From the IMG/VR virus record IMGVR_UViG_3300025944_000008: a stretch of DNA of 64,000 nt; one strand, given 5' to 3'. Below, piece by piece: positions 1-10,164 of the stretch. The DNA comes from a virus. Lineage: Duplodnaviria; Heunggongvirae; Uroviricota; Caudoviricetes. A program made the translations under genes and the position numbers. The number at the start of each line of letters is the position of its first letter. Position 1 is the stretch's first letter. The notes below the pieces were generated by a model. The model saw only the letters and a program-made list of their open reading frames with translations, did not search any database and was not told where the DNA came from.

Positions 1-1160
1 GAATCCAGCGACCGCCGATTGGATGAGGTTTGTGAGGTCCGCCGAACTCGCTGTCTGCTCGTTGAAGATGTCCGAGACGATGGGCTGCGTATTGGCACCC
101 CACGCAGGCAGACGGGCGATGTACTCGTCGAGATTCTTCTGGATGGGGCCGTAGACTGCCGCTGCGAATCGATCATTGCCAGGGGGCAGTGTTACCACTC
201 GCCCATTGATCGGAGAGACGATGCCGACTGATCCGAAGGCGAGCTCTGGGGTGTCGGACGGATCTGGTGCGAGACCTGCGGGAACGAGGACCTGCCGGCC
301 CGAGAAGAGGGAGAGAGTGTCCTGCGCCACCCCACTCAAGAAGCCACTCGCGTCGGTGATGAGGCTCTTCACCGTGTCCAGCAGTGAGTTCGAACCGAAG
401 ACGGCCGCGTTCACAAGGCGTTCTTGGGCCAGGTCGCGGGAGACGCCGAAGCCGGTTCCGAACCCAGAAGTGTCGAAGCTGGTCGCATCGAGCTGGAACT
501 CGGCCGGGCGTGGGAAATCCGAAAGGCCAATTGGCGAGACATCCGCGTAGTTGGTGAGGAACATGGTGAACGAGAAACTCAACCAGTGGCGCTCCGCGGA
601 GACTTCCTGTGTCGAGCACTCGAGGATGTAGCCCTCGGTCACGATCGTGTCCCACGACAGATAGACTCTCGTCTTGTTCTGCACGCAGGCCGTGCCGCGG
701 AGGTAGAGGTTGTAATTCTCCATGAACTCAGAGCGCCAGTTGAAGTCCTCGGTATTGAGGAGGACGCCCGAGACTTGAAGCATGACTGGGTGCTGTCCAT
801 AGAAGAAGATGTAGGGCTCGCCGAACGTCTCGACGATCTGCTTCTTCTCGACCCACTGCACCTGCAGATTCTGGATTAGGAAGTTGGAGTAGATCTGGGT
901 TGTGCTGAACCCGTCGTCTCCAGTTCTATTGCCGCCGGCATCGATGAGAGGCTGGCTACGCCCGTCGGCGGTCCTCACCTGGATGGTGGCGTAGGTGTCT
1001 TCCTTGATCTGGATGCCTCGAACAGGGCGACGAACGTTGGCGAAGCGGGCATCGGGCTCGTGGGTCACATCCGCCGTCGCTGCACTCGTCTTCGCATCCT
1101 TCTTGAGGCCCTGGAAGCCAGAGTTGAAGGCATCGGGTGTCATCTGATAGAAGGTCGCCA
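1..1160 (-). CDS. virion/tail structural protein, 5'-partial (runs off window start)
   Basis: Open frame on minus strand from ATG at 1160 (MATFYQMTPDAF...) with protein-like composition to position 1; not in ORF track because open-ended; lies downstream of tape measure in tail block. Confidence 0.45.
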
Positions 1161-1164
1161 TCCG

Positions 1165-1503
1165 TTACTCCGTCACGAAGCCGAGTCGGATCAAGTAGTC
1201 CTTGATGTCCCGGCCGGTAGTTGGGAAGACGTCCTTGCCCGTCATGACCCTGTAGCCTTCAGCCTTCGCTCCTTGGATGAGGACGTCATCCACGAGAAGC
1301 CCGTCGAGGATTCTGAGCTCGAGCGCTGTACCGTCGCTGGTGATGATCCGCGTCCTGACGTCCTTGCGGGGAACGCCAGGAGGTGGAGCTGGCACGACCG
1401 GCAGCGGTGGCGGCTGCGGCCCGATCGGGGCTGGGATCGGAGTTGGCGGAGTCGGCGACGGCGGCGCCGGCTCGATTATTGGCCACTGGTTCCAGGTACT
1501 CAT
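1165..1503 (-). CDS. hypothetical protein, Pro-rich N-terminus (tail-associated)
   Basis: 112-aa ORF; ATG overlaps stop of upstream gene (ATGA at 1500-1503). Confidence 0.5.
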   Translation of the reverse strand: MSTWNQWPIIEPAPPSPTPPTPIPAPIGPQPPPLPVVPAPPPGVPRKDVRTRIITSDGTALELRILDGLLVDDVLIQGAKAEGYRVMTGKDVFPTTGRDIKDYLIRLGFVTE

Positions 1504-3113
1504 GGATTTTCACCGCCGCCTTCGTCGATAGCATACACCTTGATGCTCAACGCTCCAAACCAGCCGCCGTCGCGCAAAAGGGTGAATCGGAAGCCATTGG
1601 TGATCGTTGTCTTGGTGTTCGAAACACCTGCGTAGTGGGCAGGATTGAAGCCATCCGCATCGTAGACGAGCTCTCTCTGAGTTCCGCCATCGAACGACGC
1701 CACGATGAAGACTTCTCTGAAGGGTGAGGTCGTATCGATCACGTCGAACTGAACCACCTGCTGCGGGCTGAGAGGGGTTCCCGGCGCTGGCGTAAAGTTC
1801 GTGGTCGGAATACCTGCGCCGCCCGTCGGGACACTGAAGACAAGATGGACACCCTCACCAGCATCACCCCCAATGTACGGCGGGTTGGTGGCTTGCCCGT
1901 CCCCTTCCACAATGTCGACATCGACTGTAAGAGCTGAGCCATTGATGACGGGAACACTGAGCGTTCCACCCGGCATGAACGGTGTTCTGGTGGCTCCTCC
2001 ATCGGTCGAGTAGAAGCAGTGCGCCTTTCTCAGGTCATACGTGCTGCCGCGGTCATCTGCGAGATTCCCTGGAACAACGATTCTGGTGATCGTCGCAGTC
2101 TGCCCGGTCGCATTGTTCCAGATCCAACGAGCTCTCTGCGTCCCAAAAAGGTTTTTGAATAGGACGCTGATATGAGTGTAATCCGAAGCGTCGTTATTCC
2201 ATGGAACAGCAAACGCTGCGTACTTACCGTTTGCTAGGTAGTGGATGGGAGGTGAAACAATATTGTTATCGCCAGGATAAAAGAATGACCCGCTGCCGCC
2301 GAGTTGTGGCTGTGAATACACCAGCCGCTTATCGACCGGTGCCGGAGTGCCACCAACAGAAGCGAAGCGATCGATATTGCCGTGCAAGCCTTCATACAAC
2401 ACTGGCTTGTTATTGCTGTCGATGAAGAACCAATTGACGTACTGAGCAAGCCCACTGTCACCAGGGCGTGAAGAAGAATTCTGCCTCACCGCCCACGTAT
2501 CTTGGAGCGTGAGCGTCGGCTCGTCATACTTATAGATGTTGACCATATCCGACAGGTAAATGAAACCTGTGGTGGCCCAAATCCCAAAGAAAACTCCGGC
2601 AATCGTGCGAGCTGTCGGAGCTCCTCCTATTGCTACTTCTGTGGCTGCACCACCGGGATATGGAATACCCCAGACCTTACCAGTCGTGCCAGGAACTCGC
2701 GCCACGACAGAGACCTGCGAGAATGACGTAGAGCTGACGAGCGTGCCGTCCCACTGTAACTCTTGTATGAGGTTGTCTGTGTAGTCCGCTGCGTAGAAGA
2801 GACTGTTGTCAAACGGGAAGAGACCCATCGTTGGGTACGCCAACGACGTTCCCGGTGTTCCACTTGCGAGAGCGTATTGAGTAATCGTTCCCGCGCCACT
2901 GCCCCAATTGGAGATCCAAGCGAATGTCTCCGTCGGATCGATAATAACTCCGCCGTAGTTTGTCGTCATGACGTTGTCGATCAGAACGTCTGCTTGGGTA
3001 GTGATTCTATTCGGCAGTCCACCACCAGCCGACAGGAAGCGAGCTCCGCCGCTAAGAGTTGGCCCTCCAGCGCCCGACAGGGGAAGCTCGACATCGAACA
3101 GTTGTGACATCAA
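1500..3113 (-). CDS. tail fiber/baseplate-like structural protein
   Basis: 537-aa ORF, Gly/Thr/Ser-rich beta-type composition, downstream of tape measure. Confidence 0.55.
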   Translation of the reverse strand: MMSQLFDVELPLSGAGGPTLSGGARFLSAGGGLPNRITTQADVLIDNVMTTNYGGVIIDPTETFAWISNWGSGAGTITQYALASGTPGTSLAYPTMGLFPFDNSLFYAADYTDNLIQELQWDGTLVSSTSFSQVSVVARVPGTTGKVWGIPYPGGAATEVAIGGAPTARTIAGVFFGIWATTGFIYLSDMVNIYKYDEPTLTLQDTWAVRQNSSSRPGDSGLAQYVNWFFIDSNNKPVLYEGLHGNIDRFASVGGTPAPVDKRLVYSQPQLGGSGSFFYPGDNNIVSPPIHYLANGKYAAFAVPWNNDASDYTHISVLFKNLFGTQRARWIWNNATGQTATITRIVVPGNLADDRGSTYDLRKAHCFYSTDGGATRTPFMPGGTLSVPVINGSALTVDVDIVEGDGQATNPPYIGGDAGEGVHLVFSVPTGGAGIPTTNFTPAPGTPLSPQQVVQFDVIDTTSPFREVFIVASFDGGTQRELVYDADGFNPAHYAGVSNTKTTITNGFRFTLLRDGGWFGALSIKVYAIDEGGGENP

Positions 3114-3331
3114 CCAACTCCGAGCACAGAATCCAGAATCGCAGAGAGCGAGTTTTGGTCAGCGGTGGGGTTCGGCGTACTTGAAGAAATGAGAATCCCA
3201 TACTGCCCTGGACCCGCATGAAAGATGAGAAGGCGGTACTTGTTTGCGTTGAGATCCGTGAGTAGCTGTTGCAGCTTCGCCGTAACCTGACCTCGATTGT
3301 TCTTCTTGAGATTCGGCCTTATCTTTGCCAT
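3110..3331 (-). CDS. hypothetical protein
   Basis: 73-aa ORF, ATG at 3331, stop overlaps next start. Confidence 0.4.
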   Translation of the reverse strand: MAKIRPNLKKNNRGQVTAKLQQLLTDLNANKYRLLIFHAGPGQYGILISSSTPNPTADQNSLSAILDSVLGVG

Positions 3332-3332
3332 A

Positions 3333-3533
3333 TCACTTACCCTCCGGCTTCACCCAGCGATACCCGTCCCAAACGAAGCCGTTCTTCTGCATCTCGGAGA
3401 CATCCGCCGTATAGTCCGGCTGGACGCCAACATTCATCAAGGCCTGGTTGATCGCTTTACCTTGAGAATTGAGCTTGTCGAGCTGGTCAGGATTCGACTG
3501 ACGAAGAAGAGTTGTGAGCTCGTCGTCCATCAC
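3333..3533 (-). CDS. hypothetical protein (tail assembly-associated?)
   Basis: 66-aa ORF immediately after tape-measure stop. Confidence 0.4.
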   Translation of the reverse strand: MMDDELTTLLRQSNPDQLDKLNSQGKAINQALMNVGVQPDYTADVSEMQKNGFVWDGYRWVKPEGK

Positions 3534-6500
3534 TTACCTCCCTGCCCTTGCTTGAGCAGGTTCTGAAGAATCTGCGCCGTGGCGTCGAAGTTCTTGTTCA
3601 CTGTCTCGAGGGCCTTGGCAAGGTTGTTCGCCGCGTTCACGGTGTTCTGCTCGCCGCCCTTCGCCGCAGCCAGGCTTCTCGTCGCCGTCTCGCCGAGATA
3701 CCGCTCGATTGTCTTCTCTTCCGAAGAGCTAACAACCTTGTCCGAGCCCGCCATCTTCCTGACTTCGCCGGCGATGTCGCCAGTGAGACCAAGGCGCTCG
3801 ATGATGTCGTCGACGGATTTGCCCTTCGAGTGTCGGTACGCGTTCCTCGTGTCGGTGATGAACTGTGCGCCCGCCTGGAGTTCACCACCAGCGAGGCCCA
3901 TGACCTTCGTTCGGTCCTTGCCCTTGTAGTCGGCGAGGCCGGAGATGATGTCACCGATGTTGTCCCCGAAGCCCTCGCCGCGGCTGAGGCGACCAGCAAG
4001 CCCGCCGATCTGATTGACGAGCCCGCGCCCGCCGGCGGTGAGCCCACCGAGATTTGCCTGGTTGATGCGCTCAGTGAGGCCCTCACCCATCTCCTTCTCG
4101 CGCTTCTCGTTCCGAAGCACCGCCATAGAGAGCTGGCTGCCGAGCACCTTCTGGATGTCGGCGCCGGAGGCGTGACCTTCCAAGCCGGCGGCCATGAGCT
4201 CCCGGCCTTGTCCTCTTGCTGCGTCGAACTCCTTCTGAGTCATGCCCAATGCAGCGAGGACTTCCTTGCTGACGGCCGAACCCTCTCGCTCGCCCAGCGC
4301 CATCCTGACCTGATCGGCCATCTTGCCACCGCCGAAGGCCGCACTGAGGATCTTGGCGACGCCTCCACCTTCTGTGAGGACGCTCTTGGCGAGATCTTCC
4401 TTGCCTTTGAAGCCCTTGGACGCCGTACCGATCTCGTCCCGGATGCGACGAGAGAGCGCTGCCTCAGAACCAGCTCCGCGCAACCCACCAGCGAGACCGC
4501 GGCGGGAGAACATGCCAATCTGGTTCTCCATCCCGCCCGCCTTTGCCAGCGCGTCGAGGATATCGACTTCATTGTCCGTGCCGAGCTGCTTCTTCAGCTT
4601 TGGCAGTAACTGCTCAAACCCTGCTTCGCCAAAGCCCTTCTTGATGATCTCGAGCTTCTCTTGGTCGGTGAGCTCTTCGTTTTGCAGTTCCTTGTTACCG
4701 AGCAGTTGGCTCTTGAGCGTGAGGAGGGCAGCCTTACCGACACCCTTGGAGATGTCGATCTTGCCTGCAACCCGGTTCTCCCCAAGAAGAGCACGCTGCG
4801 CCTGGGCTCGGCCGCCGGCCGTCGCAACGGTGTACTCGCCGCCGCTGAAGACACCGCCAGAGCTCTGCAGGATGGAGCCTCCGGCCTTGAGGATACGGGC
4901 CGCGTCTGCGTCTGGGTTGCCAGTGCCCTGGATCGTGTCGTAGTACTGGCCGCCCATCGCCCGGAGAACGCTCGCTTGAACGTCGCCAGCCGTCTGCTGC
5001 CCACTGAGCGAATTGAGTAGACCGCCGATCGGGCTGTTGTTGCGAAGATCCGCTCCTAGCCGACGATTGGCGTTCACGTCTCCCATCGCCGCACCCACGA
5101 GACCACGAGCGGCCTTGTCGCCCATAGAGGCCTTGAGAGCAGTGCTGCCGGCGAGCTCCGTCACCTTCGTCTGGTAGCGACCAAAGATGTCGTCCACGAA
5201 GTTGTCGACTGCTTCCCCGACGCTATTCGAGATGCTGGCGCCAAGCCGCTTGAAGGGCTCGGTCATCACGTTCTCGAACTTCTTGCCGATCTTCCTTTTG
5301 ATGCCCTCGAATGAGGCGTTGTCCCTCATGAAGGCCTGCTCGGCGATACGACGTGTCTCCGTAGTGCCAGCCTCAGCCATGCCACGCTGAATGTTCGGCA
5401 TGTCCTTCATGAGCTGGATGACCTGGTTCGCCTCCCGCTCGCCGACGCCGTAGCGCTGCATGACGAGGTTGAGAGCGTCTGGATTGTCGAACCCGCGCTC
5501 GCCGAGGATGGTCTGCAGCTCCATCGCCACGCCCTGTGCGCCGGCGGAGTTGACCATCTCGGTGGTCAGGCGCTGACGGTGAGCCGCGAACGAGAGCTTG
5601 GCGTTGCGGCCTCGAGACTTCTCGTGGGCAAGGCGGAGCAGTTCGTCCTTGCCGATGTTGCCGGCTCGAACACGCTGCACCAGCTCCTCGTCCATGCGGC
5701 CGGTGTAGCGACCGCCCTGCACCTCTCCAAGTGCGAGGGTCATGGCCGTGCCAAGGCTCGAGCGACCCATTCGTTGGCCGACGTCGTTCAGAGTGCCGGC
5801 AAGCTGCTGAATGCCTCCCGCGCCCTCTTCGCCTGTGAGCTCCATGAGCCTGTCGTTCGACAGCAGGCCCATCTGGTTTGCCATTCCGAGCTCACCGGCG
5901 ATACGGGTGACTGACCGCGCCCCTCCGGCCCGAGAGCCACCCGCCGCGATACTGCCCTGTGCTCCGTACTGTTGGAGTGCGGCGACCTGCTGCTGGTTCA
6001 TTCCCGTCAGACCGCCAACGATCTGACGCTGCATGATGTTCTGCTTGATGGCGTCGGGGCTGTAGAACCCTGACTGCTTCGACTCCTGGAAGGCCTGCAT
6101 GGCCTCTTCCATCGTCGTGCCCATCATCTTGGAGACATCCTTTAGAACGTGGATCGTCTCCTTGAACCTCTTGGAGAACTCGCCGGCGTCGCGGACGCCC
6201 TGCATCATCCCCATCTGGCCCATGCGGTCCATGATGCGAGTGAGCTCGGACATCGAGGTCATCATCTCGGGGATGGCCTGGAGCTCACGTGCCATGGAGC
6301 CGATCGCCATCGCATCTTGACGAGTGAATCCTCGTCCCGACCGGCTCATCGAGTTGCCGAAGTTGAACTGCCCGAGGGTCTGGTTGATGCCAGCCTGCTC
6401 CTGGGCGCCACTCACCATTGAACCGAGGGCATGACCAGCGAAGGCCATGCCGCCGGCAACCGCTCCACCCGCCAAGAGGCCAGCTCCCCATCCCAGCCCG

Positions 6501-6904
6501 CCGCCCATACCGAGCGCTCGAGCGCCTCCGTAGGCCATCTGGCCGGCGCTGATCGGGTCGAAGAGCATGCCAGCCTTGCCCATGAGACCGAGACCGCCGG
6601 CAATGCCGAGTCCGCCAAGCGCGAACTGCCCCGCACCTCCCATCGCCGCCATCGACGCCGCGCCAATCTGATTGCCGAGTCCGTAACCAAACGCGTTCCC
6701 GCCCCCGTAGCTGAAACCGGGACGCTGCATTGGCGCGTACGGCACTTGGCCGAACTGTGGCGCGATGGGCTGCTGCATGCCGTAGGCGCCGATTCCATAC
6801 GCCTGCGGCATCTGGGCAGAGATCACCTGACTGTATTGCTGCATGCCCATGAAGGCTTGCTGCTGTTGCTGCATGAGAGCGGCGACTTGGGAAGAGCTGA
6901 GCAC
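3530..6904 (-). CDS. tail tape measure protein
   Basis: 1124 aa, GTG start, Gly/Ala/Met/Gln-rich with long helical stretches, typical size/composition and position before distal tail genes. Confidence 0.75.
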   Translation of the reverse strand: MLSSSQVAALMQQQQQAFMGMQQYSQVISAQMPQAYGIGAYGMQQPIAPQFGQVPYAPMQRPGFSYGGGNAFGYGLGNQIGAASMAAMGGAGQFALGGLGIAGGLGLMGKAGMLFDPISAGQMAYGGARALGMGGGLGWGAGLLAGGAVAGGMAFAGHALGSMVSGAQEQAGINQTLGQFNFGNSMSRSGRGFTRQDAMAIGSMARELQAIPEMMTSMSELTRIMDRMGQMGMMQGVRDAGEFSKRFKETIHVLKDVSKMMGTTMEEAMQAFQESKQSGFYSPDAIKQNIMQRQIVGGLTGMNQQQVAALQQYGAQGSIAAGGSRAGGARSVTRIAGELGMANQMGLLSNDRLMELTGEEGAGGIQQLAGTLNDVGQRMGRSSLGTAMTLALGEVQGGRYTGRMDEELVQRVRAGNIGKDELLRLAHEKSRGRNAKLSFAAHRQRLTTEMVNSAGAQGVAMELQTILGERGFDNPDALNLVMQRYGVGEREANQVIQLMKDMPNIQRGMAEAGTTETRRIAEQAFMRDNASFEGIKRKIGKKFENVMTEPFKRLGASISNSVGEAVDNFVDDIFGRYQTKVTELAGSTALKASMGDKAARGLVGAAMGDVNANRRLGADLRNNSPIGGLLNSLSGQQTAGDVQASVLRAMGGQYYDTIQGTGNPDADAARILKAGGSILQSSGGVFSGGEYTVATAGGRAQAQRALLGENRVAGKIDISKGVGKAALLTLKSQLLGNKELQNEELTDQEKLEIIKKGFGEAGFEQLLPKLKKQLGTDNEVDILDALAKAGGMENQIGMFSRRGLAGGLRGAGSEAALSRRIRDEIGTASKGFKGKEDLAKSVLTEGGGVAKILSAAFGGGKMADQVRMALGEREGSAVSKEVLAALGMTQKEFDAARGQGRELMAAGLEGHASGADIQKVLGSQLSMAVLRNEKREKEMGEGLTERINQANLGGLTAGGRGLVNQIGGLAGRLSRGEGFGDNIGDIISGLADYKGKDRTKVMGLAGGELQAGAQFITDTRNAYRHSKGKSVDDIIERLGLTGDIAGEVRKMAGSDKVVSSSEEKTIERYLGETATRSLAAAKGGEQNTVNAANNLAKALETVNKNFDATAQILQNLLKQGQGGK

Positions 6905-6997
6905 TGGATCCCTCGCGGCAGGCCTTCGCAGATTCTACGGGATGTGCAGGGAAAAGAGCAATGTCGTGGTGGGATAAGAATTTAGAGGAGGTACATC

Positions 6998-7462
6998 ATG
7001 TTTTTCGAGATCCTCTGCCTCAACGTCATGGGATACGGTGTCGTGATCGTATTCGGAGGACTCTTCTCTCCTCTCAATCCGAAGACCGTCTCCAAAGTAG
7101 TCAAGTACACCAACACCAAGTTCCGAGAGTTCAACGTCAAGGACCTGAAGCAGACGAGAGGTGAAGGGACCTTCTCCAGTCGAACTGTTCTGCACATTGC
7201 TACCCTGCACCCCTGCTTGGCCAGATGGAACGTCGAGGGCTGGGAGAAGGTGATCAATACGACCTACCACATCACGAAGAAGGAAGAAGAGGATCTCGAT
7301 CCGGTTCTTTCAGCCGCTGTCGCCTTCGAGCAAGGGATTGGCATCATGATGCCAAGCTCGATCGTACAGCCGCTGCAGGCGAAACTAGCGGCACCGATCA
7401 TGCGATTTCTCTCGAGCATTCCTACAATACGAAAGAAGGAAGACGAAGATGGCAGCGTGTGA
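6998..7462 (+). CDS. hypothetical protein
   Basis: 154-aa ORF, lower-GC island, RBS gaggagg 7 nt upstream of ATG. Confidence 0.5.
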   Translation: MFFEILCLNVMGYGVVIVFGGLFSPLNPKTVSKVVKYTNTKFREFNVKDLKQTRGEGTFSSRTVLHIATLHPCLARWNVEGWEKVINTTYHITKKEEEDLDPVLSAAVAFEQGIGIMMPSSIVQPLQAKLAAPIMRFLSSIPTIRKKEDEDGSV

Positions 7463-7691
7463 TGACGAGCGGTGGGAGGGACTGGAGCGGCTCGGCCGCA
7501 CTCTCGCAGCAGAGCAGTTCCACGGATCTTGGACATACGAAGCTACTGTCGAGGACAAGATCGCCAGCGCAAGAGCGCAGTGCAAGGCAGAGATTGGAGA
7601 GCTGATACTGCTGGCGCTCGGAATCTGCGAGCACTGCACACCACACAAGGAGCTGTCGCACGAGTCGTGGTGCCCGAAGAACGGTAGATAA
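7449..7691 (+). CDS. hypothetical protein
   Basis: 80-aa ORF with aggaag RBS, overlaps previous gene by 14 nt. Confidence 0.4.
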   Translation: MAACDDERWEGLERLGRTLAAEQFHGSWTYEATVEDKIASARAQCKAEIGELILLALGICEHCTPHKELSHESWCPKNGR

Positions 7692-7694
7692 AAA

Positions 7695-7735
7695 AGAGCC
7701 CTGCACGGATTCCAGGCCGTGCAGGGCTATCAGGC
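7695..7735 (-). terminator. rho-independent terminator (minus strand; possibly bidirectional)
   Basis: Perfect inverted repeat gccctgcacgg/ccgtgcagggc followed on minus strand by tcttttttatcta. Confidence 0.55.
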
Positions 7736-7757
7736 TGAGGTCGCGCTCAGCAGACTT

Positions 7758-8027
7758 CTAGCCGGTTTTCACGGCCATATCGAGAACGTCGATCGGCTTG
7801 GTGTCGAGGCTGTCGACCCGTCCGACGATCTTCTGGTACAGGTACGTCTTGACGATCGCACTCTCCATGCGGGTGAGACGACCGTTGAGCTGCTTCGCCA
7901 TCCAAGCGTCGAAGCGAGCAAGCTCGTCGTCGAGCAACCGGGCGAGCTGCGGCCCATTGGCGGGCCCGCCCTGCGTCAGGTGCTCGAGCTCCTCGTCGGC
8001 AACTCGTACTTCGATGAGCGGCTTCAT
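7758..8027 (-). CDS. hypothetical protein
   Basis: 89-aa ORF, ATG at 8027. Confidence 0.45.
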   Translation of the reverse strand: MKPLIEVRVADEELEHLTQGGPANGPQLARLLDDELARFDAWMAKQLNGRLTRMESAIVKTYLYQKIVGRVDSLDTKPIDVLDMAVKTG

Positions 8028-8029
8028 GA

Positions 8030-8353
8030 CTACTTCTTCTCCACGATCAGGGGTACTTCTTGGTGGTACCTAGAAGAGTATCTCTGCGCAATTACCTCGG
8101 GCGCAACACCGTTTAGCGTTTCCATCTCGATAATTTCGGCGCTGTCGCCTTCCAGTCGCAAGAGCACCAACATCCCGTTCTTGATGTTTAGTTGGTAACG
8201 CTCTGCGATGTGGTGAGCTTTTGCATACGCATGGACGGACTCCTCTACTACCTGCGACTTCGTCTTGTGGAGCAAGAAGGCCGCCTTCTCGACCAAGGCC
8301 ACGGCTCGATCTGAGACCTTGACGTTGAGCTGCTTCTTGCTCTCCAGCATCAT
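8030..8353 (-). CDS. ribbon-helix-helix-like DNA-binding protein
   Basis: 107 aa; N-terminus LNVKVSDRAVALVEKAAFLLHKTKSQVVEESVHAYAK resembles CopG/ParD RHH pattern. Confidence 0.4.
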   Translation of the reverse strand: MMLESKKQLNVKVSDRAVALVEKAAFLLHKTKSQVVEESVHAYAKAHHIAERYQLNIKNGMLVLLRLEGDSAEIIEMETLNGVAPEVIAQRYSSRYHQEVPLIVEKK

Positions 8354-8462
8354 GACAAGTACAGGATAGATACCAGCTAGACGAATAGCAAGTGGAAAGA
8401 TTGTTAGTCATGAGATAAGGTACTACCGGTCAGCTAATTTGTCTCTAACTGGGGAGAATGAA
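8354..8462. promoter_or_regulatory. AT-rich divergent intergenic region (probable promoters)
   Basis: ~110 bp AT-rich spacer between minus-strand gene start (8353) and plus-strand ligase start (8463). Confidence 0.35.
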
Positions 8463-9932
8463 ATGAATAACTCGAGTTGGGCATCTCTATCGTTCGACGA
8501 GCGGCAGCGCCAGTGGGACGGGCGTATCCGGCAATTCCGCCAGCACAACGGTCGAGGAGATCGCCCAAACGTCTGGGAGATTTGGGTCGAAGAAGATCGC
8601 GTCTACACGCGACACGGCCTGCTCGATGGGGCGATGCAAGAGACCAACTACCAGGGCAAGCTCAAGAACAAGGGCAAGAAGAACGAGATCTCGACCGTCC
8701 AGGATGCGATCGCAGAAGCTCGGCGAGACGTTCGCAAGAAGTGGGACTTCGAGGGCTATGACGAATACGATGCCGGTTACAACATCGATCGGCGGAATGA
8801 AGACAAGAGCGTCAACCACCTGCTAACCAACCTGCCGGGCTCCTTTTGCCTCTACAAGCCCGAGAATGAGCTTGAAGACCACAAGCGTCTACTCGAGCTC
8901 ACCAATGCAGGAAAAGCACTGCATACGCTCAAGCGCGACGGCGTCGCGATGTGGGTCATCAAGGACTTCTACGGCAACATTCGGTTCTACTCTCGTCGGT
9001 CTCGTCCGTGGAGTGACACCGAAGAGCCGCTGGAGTTGCCCGACGGCACTCTCGACTACTCGACGGCGAAGCCGTGGACCCTGCGGTTCCCCCATCTCTA
9101 TGCCGACGTCGAGAAGTTGCAGTTGCCGAACGGCACCATGATGGCAGTCGAGCTGGTCGCCGTGAACCCCGTCACAGGGAGAGACGACCTTCGCATCTCG
9201 TCGGGGTACACCAAAGGGCTGACCGAACGATCGCTACAAGACCAGATCTCGAACCCGCCTGTCTTCTACTGGTGGGACGTTCCGTTCTATGCCGGGCAAG
9301 ACTTGGTTCGCACCGTCCGCGTAGCCGATCGCTACAACATCATCCTCCAGCACTGCGCCTCATCGGTGCCCCAGTACATCCAGCAGATTCAGATCTGCAA
9401 CTTCCCCAATGCGGAGAAGGCCCTCGAGCACGCCAAGGAGCTGGGCATCGAGGGTTGGGTGGTCGTCGACCCTGACGCGATCTACGGCGACAAGGGATGG
9501 AGCCTGAAGGGCAAGCCCGACCGCCCCTCGAGCTGCGCCAAGTCCAAGCCGACGGCCGAGGACGACTTCATCGCGTACTGGGACCCGGACAAGAAGAACA
9601 TGGGTGAGTGGGGTACAGGCAAGCACGAGCGAGACAAGGAAGTGATGCTGCCGAGCGGTGCCGTGGTCGAGCACGGTGGCGTCGGCTCGGTGGCTCTGTA
9701 CCAGTACAACCCCAAGGGAGAGCTGGTCTATATCTCCAAGTGCTCGTCAGGCATGGCATACGAGTTCCAAGCACAGCTCAGGAAGGAGCACTTCCCCTTC
9801 GTCTGCAAATGCGAGTTCAAAGGCAGGACGTACATCTCCGACGGAGAGAAGACGAACGCTCTTCGGCATCCAGTGTTCGTGGAGGCGAGAGATGACAAGC
9901 GTGCTGATGAGTGTGTGAACGAGAAGCTGTAG
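8463..9932 (+). CDS. ATP-dependent polynucleotide ligase (nucleotidyltransferase superfamily)
   Basis: Motif I KRDG (TLKRDGVAM), motif IV-like IEGWVVVD, motif V-like LKGK; RBS ggggag before ATG 8463 (ORF track starts at upstream TTG 8439). Confidence 0.6.
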   Translation: MNNSSWASLSFDERQRQWDGRIRQFRQHNGRGDRPNVWEIWVEEDRVYTRHGLLDGAMQETNYQGKLKNKGKKNEISTVQDAIAEARRDVRKKWDFEGYDEYDAGYNIDRRNEDKSVNHLLTNLPGSFCLYKPENELEDHKRLLELTNAGKALHTLKRDGVAMWVIKDFYGNIRFYSRRSRPWSDTEEPLELPDGTLDYSTAKPWTLRFPHLYADVEKLQLPNGTMMAVELVAVNPVTGRDDLRISSGYTKGLTERSLQDQISNPPVFYWWDVPFYAGQDLVRTVRVADRYNIILQHCASSVPQYIQQIQICNFPNAEKALEHAKELGIEGWVVVDPDAIYGDKGWSLKGKPDRPSSCAKSKPTAEDDFIAYWDPDKKNMGEWGTGKHERDKEVMLPSGAVVEHGGVGSVALYQYNPKGELVYISKCSSGMAYEFQAQLRKEHFPFVCKCEFKGRTYISDGEKTNALRHPVFVEARDDKRADECVNEKL

Positions 9933-9940
9933 GGAGAGAG

Positions 9941-9970
9941 GGCCGACGCTGGCCCTCTTTTTTAGCTACT
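9941..9970 (+). terminator. rho-independent terminator with TTTTTTAGCTA motif
   Basis: Hairpin gggccgacgctggccc followed by tcttttttagcta; convergent gene ends on both sides. Confidence 0.55.
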
Positions 9971-10163
9971 ACATCGAGGTGAATTTGAACTCGCGCCGGC
10001 AATTCGGGCAGCGTAAGAGCTTCCCGCCCTTACCGTCCGGGGCTTCCATCGCCGTTCGGCCGCAGCCAGGGCAGCGCATCGATCGAGGCTGGCCCTTCGA
10101 CTTCGGATCTACCGCGGCGCCCGGCTGAAGGCCGAGCTGCCTTGTTCCTGTCTTCACGGACAT
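9969..10163 (-). CDS. zinc-ribbon protein
   Basis: CPGC...CPNC motifs; ATG at 10163 two nt after stop of upstream gene. Confidence 0.45.
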   Translation of the reverse strand: MSVKTGTRQLGLQPGAAVDPKSKGQPRSMRCPGCGRTAMEAPDGKGGKLLRCPNCRREFKFTSM

Positions 10164-10164
10164 G

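Noticed and set aside
173-655. 160-aa minus-strand ORF
   Set aside because: Arg-rich junk; the real gene in this region is the open-ended minus-strand structural ORF in another frame
3548-4609. 353-aa plus-strand ORF inside tape-measure gene
   Set aside because: Antisense artefact (Leu/Ala/Arg-rich) of the tape-measure gene
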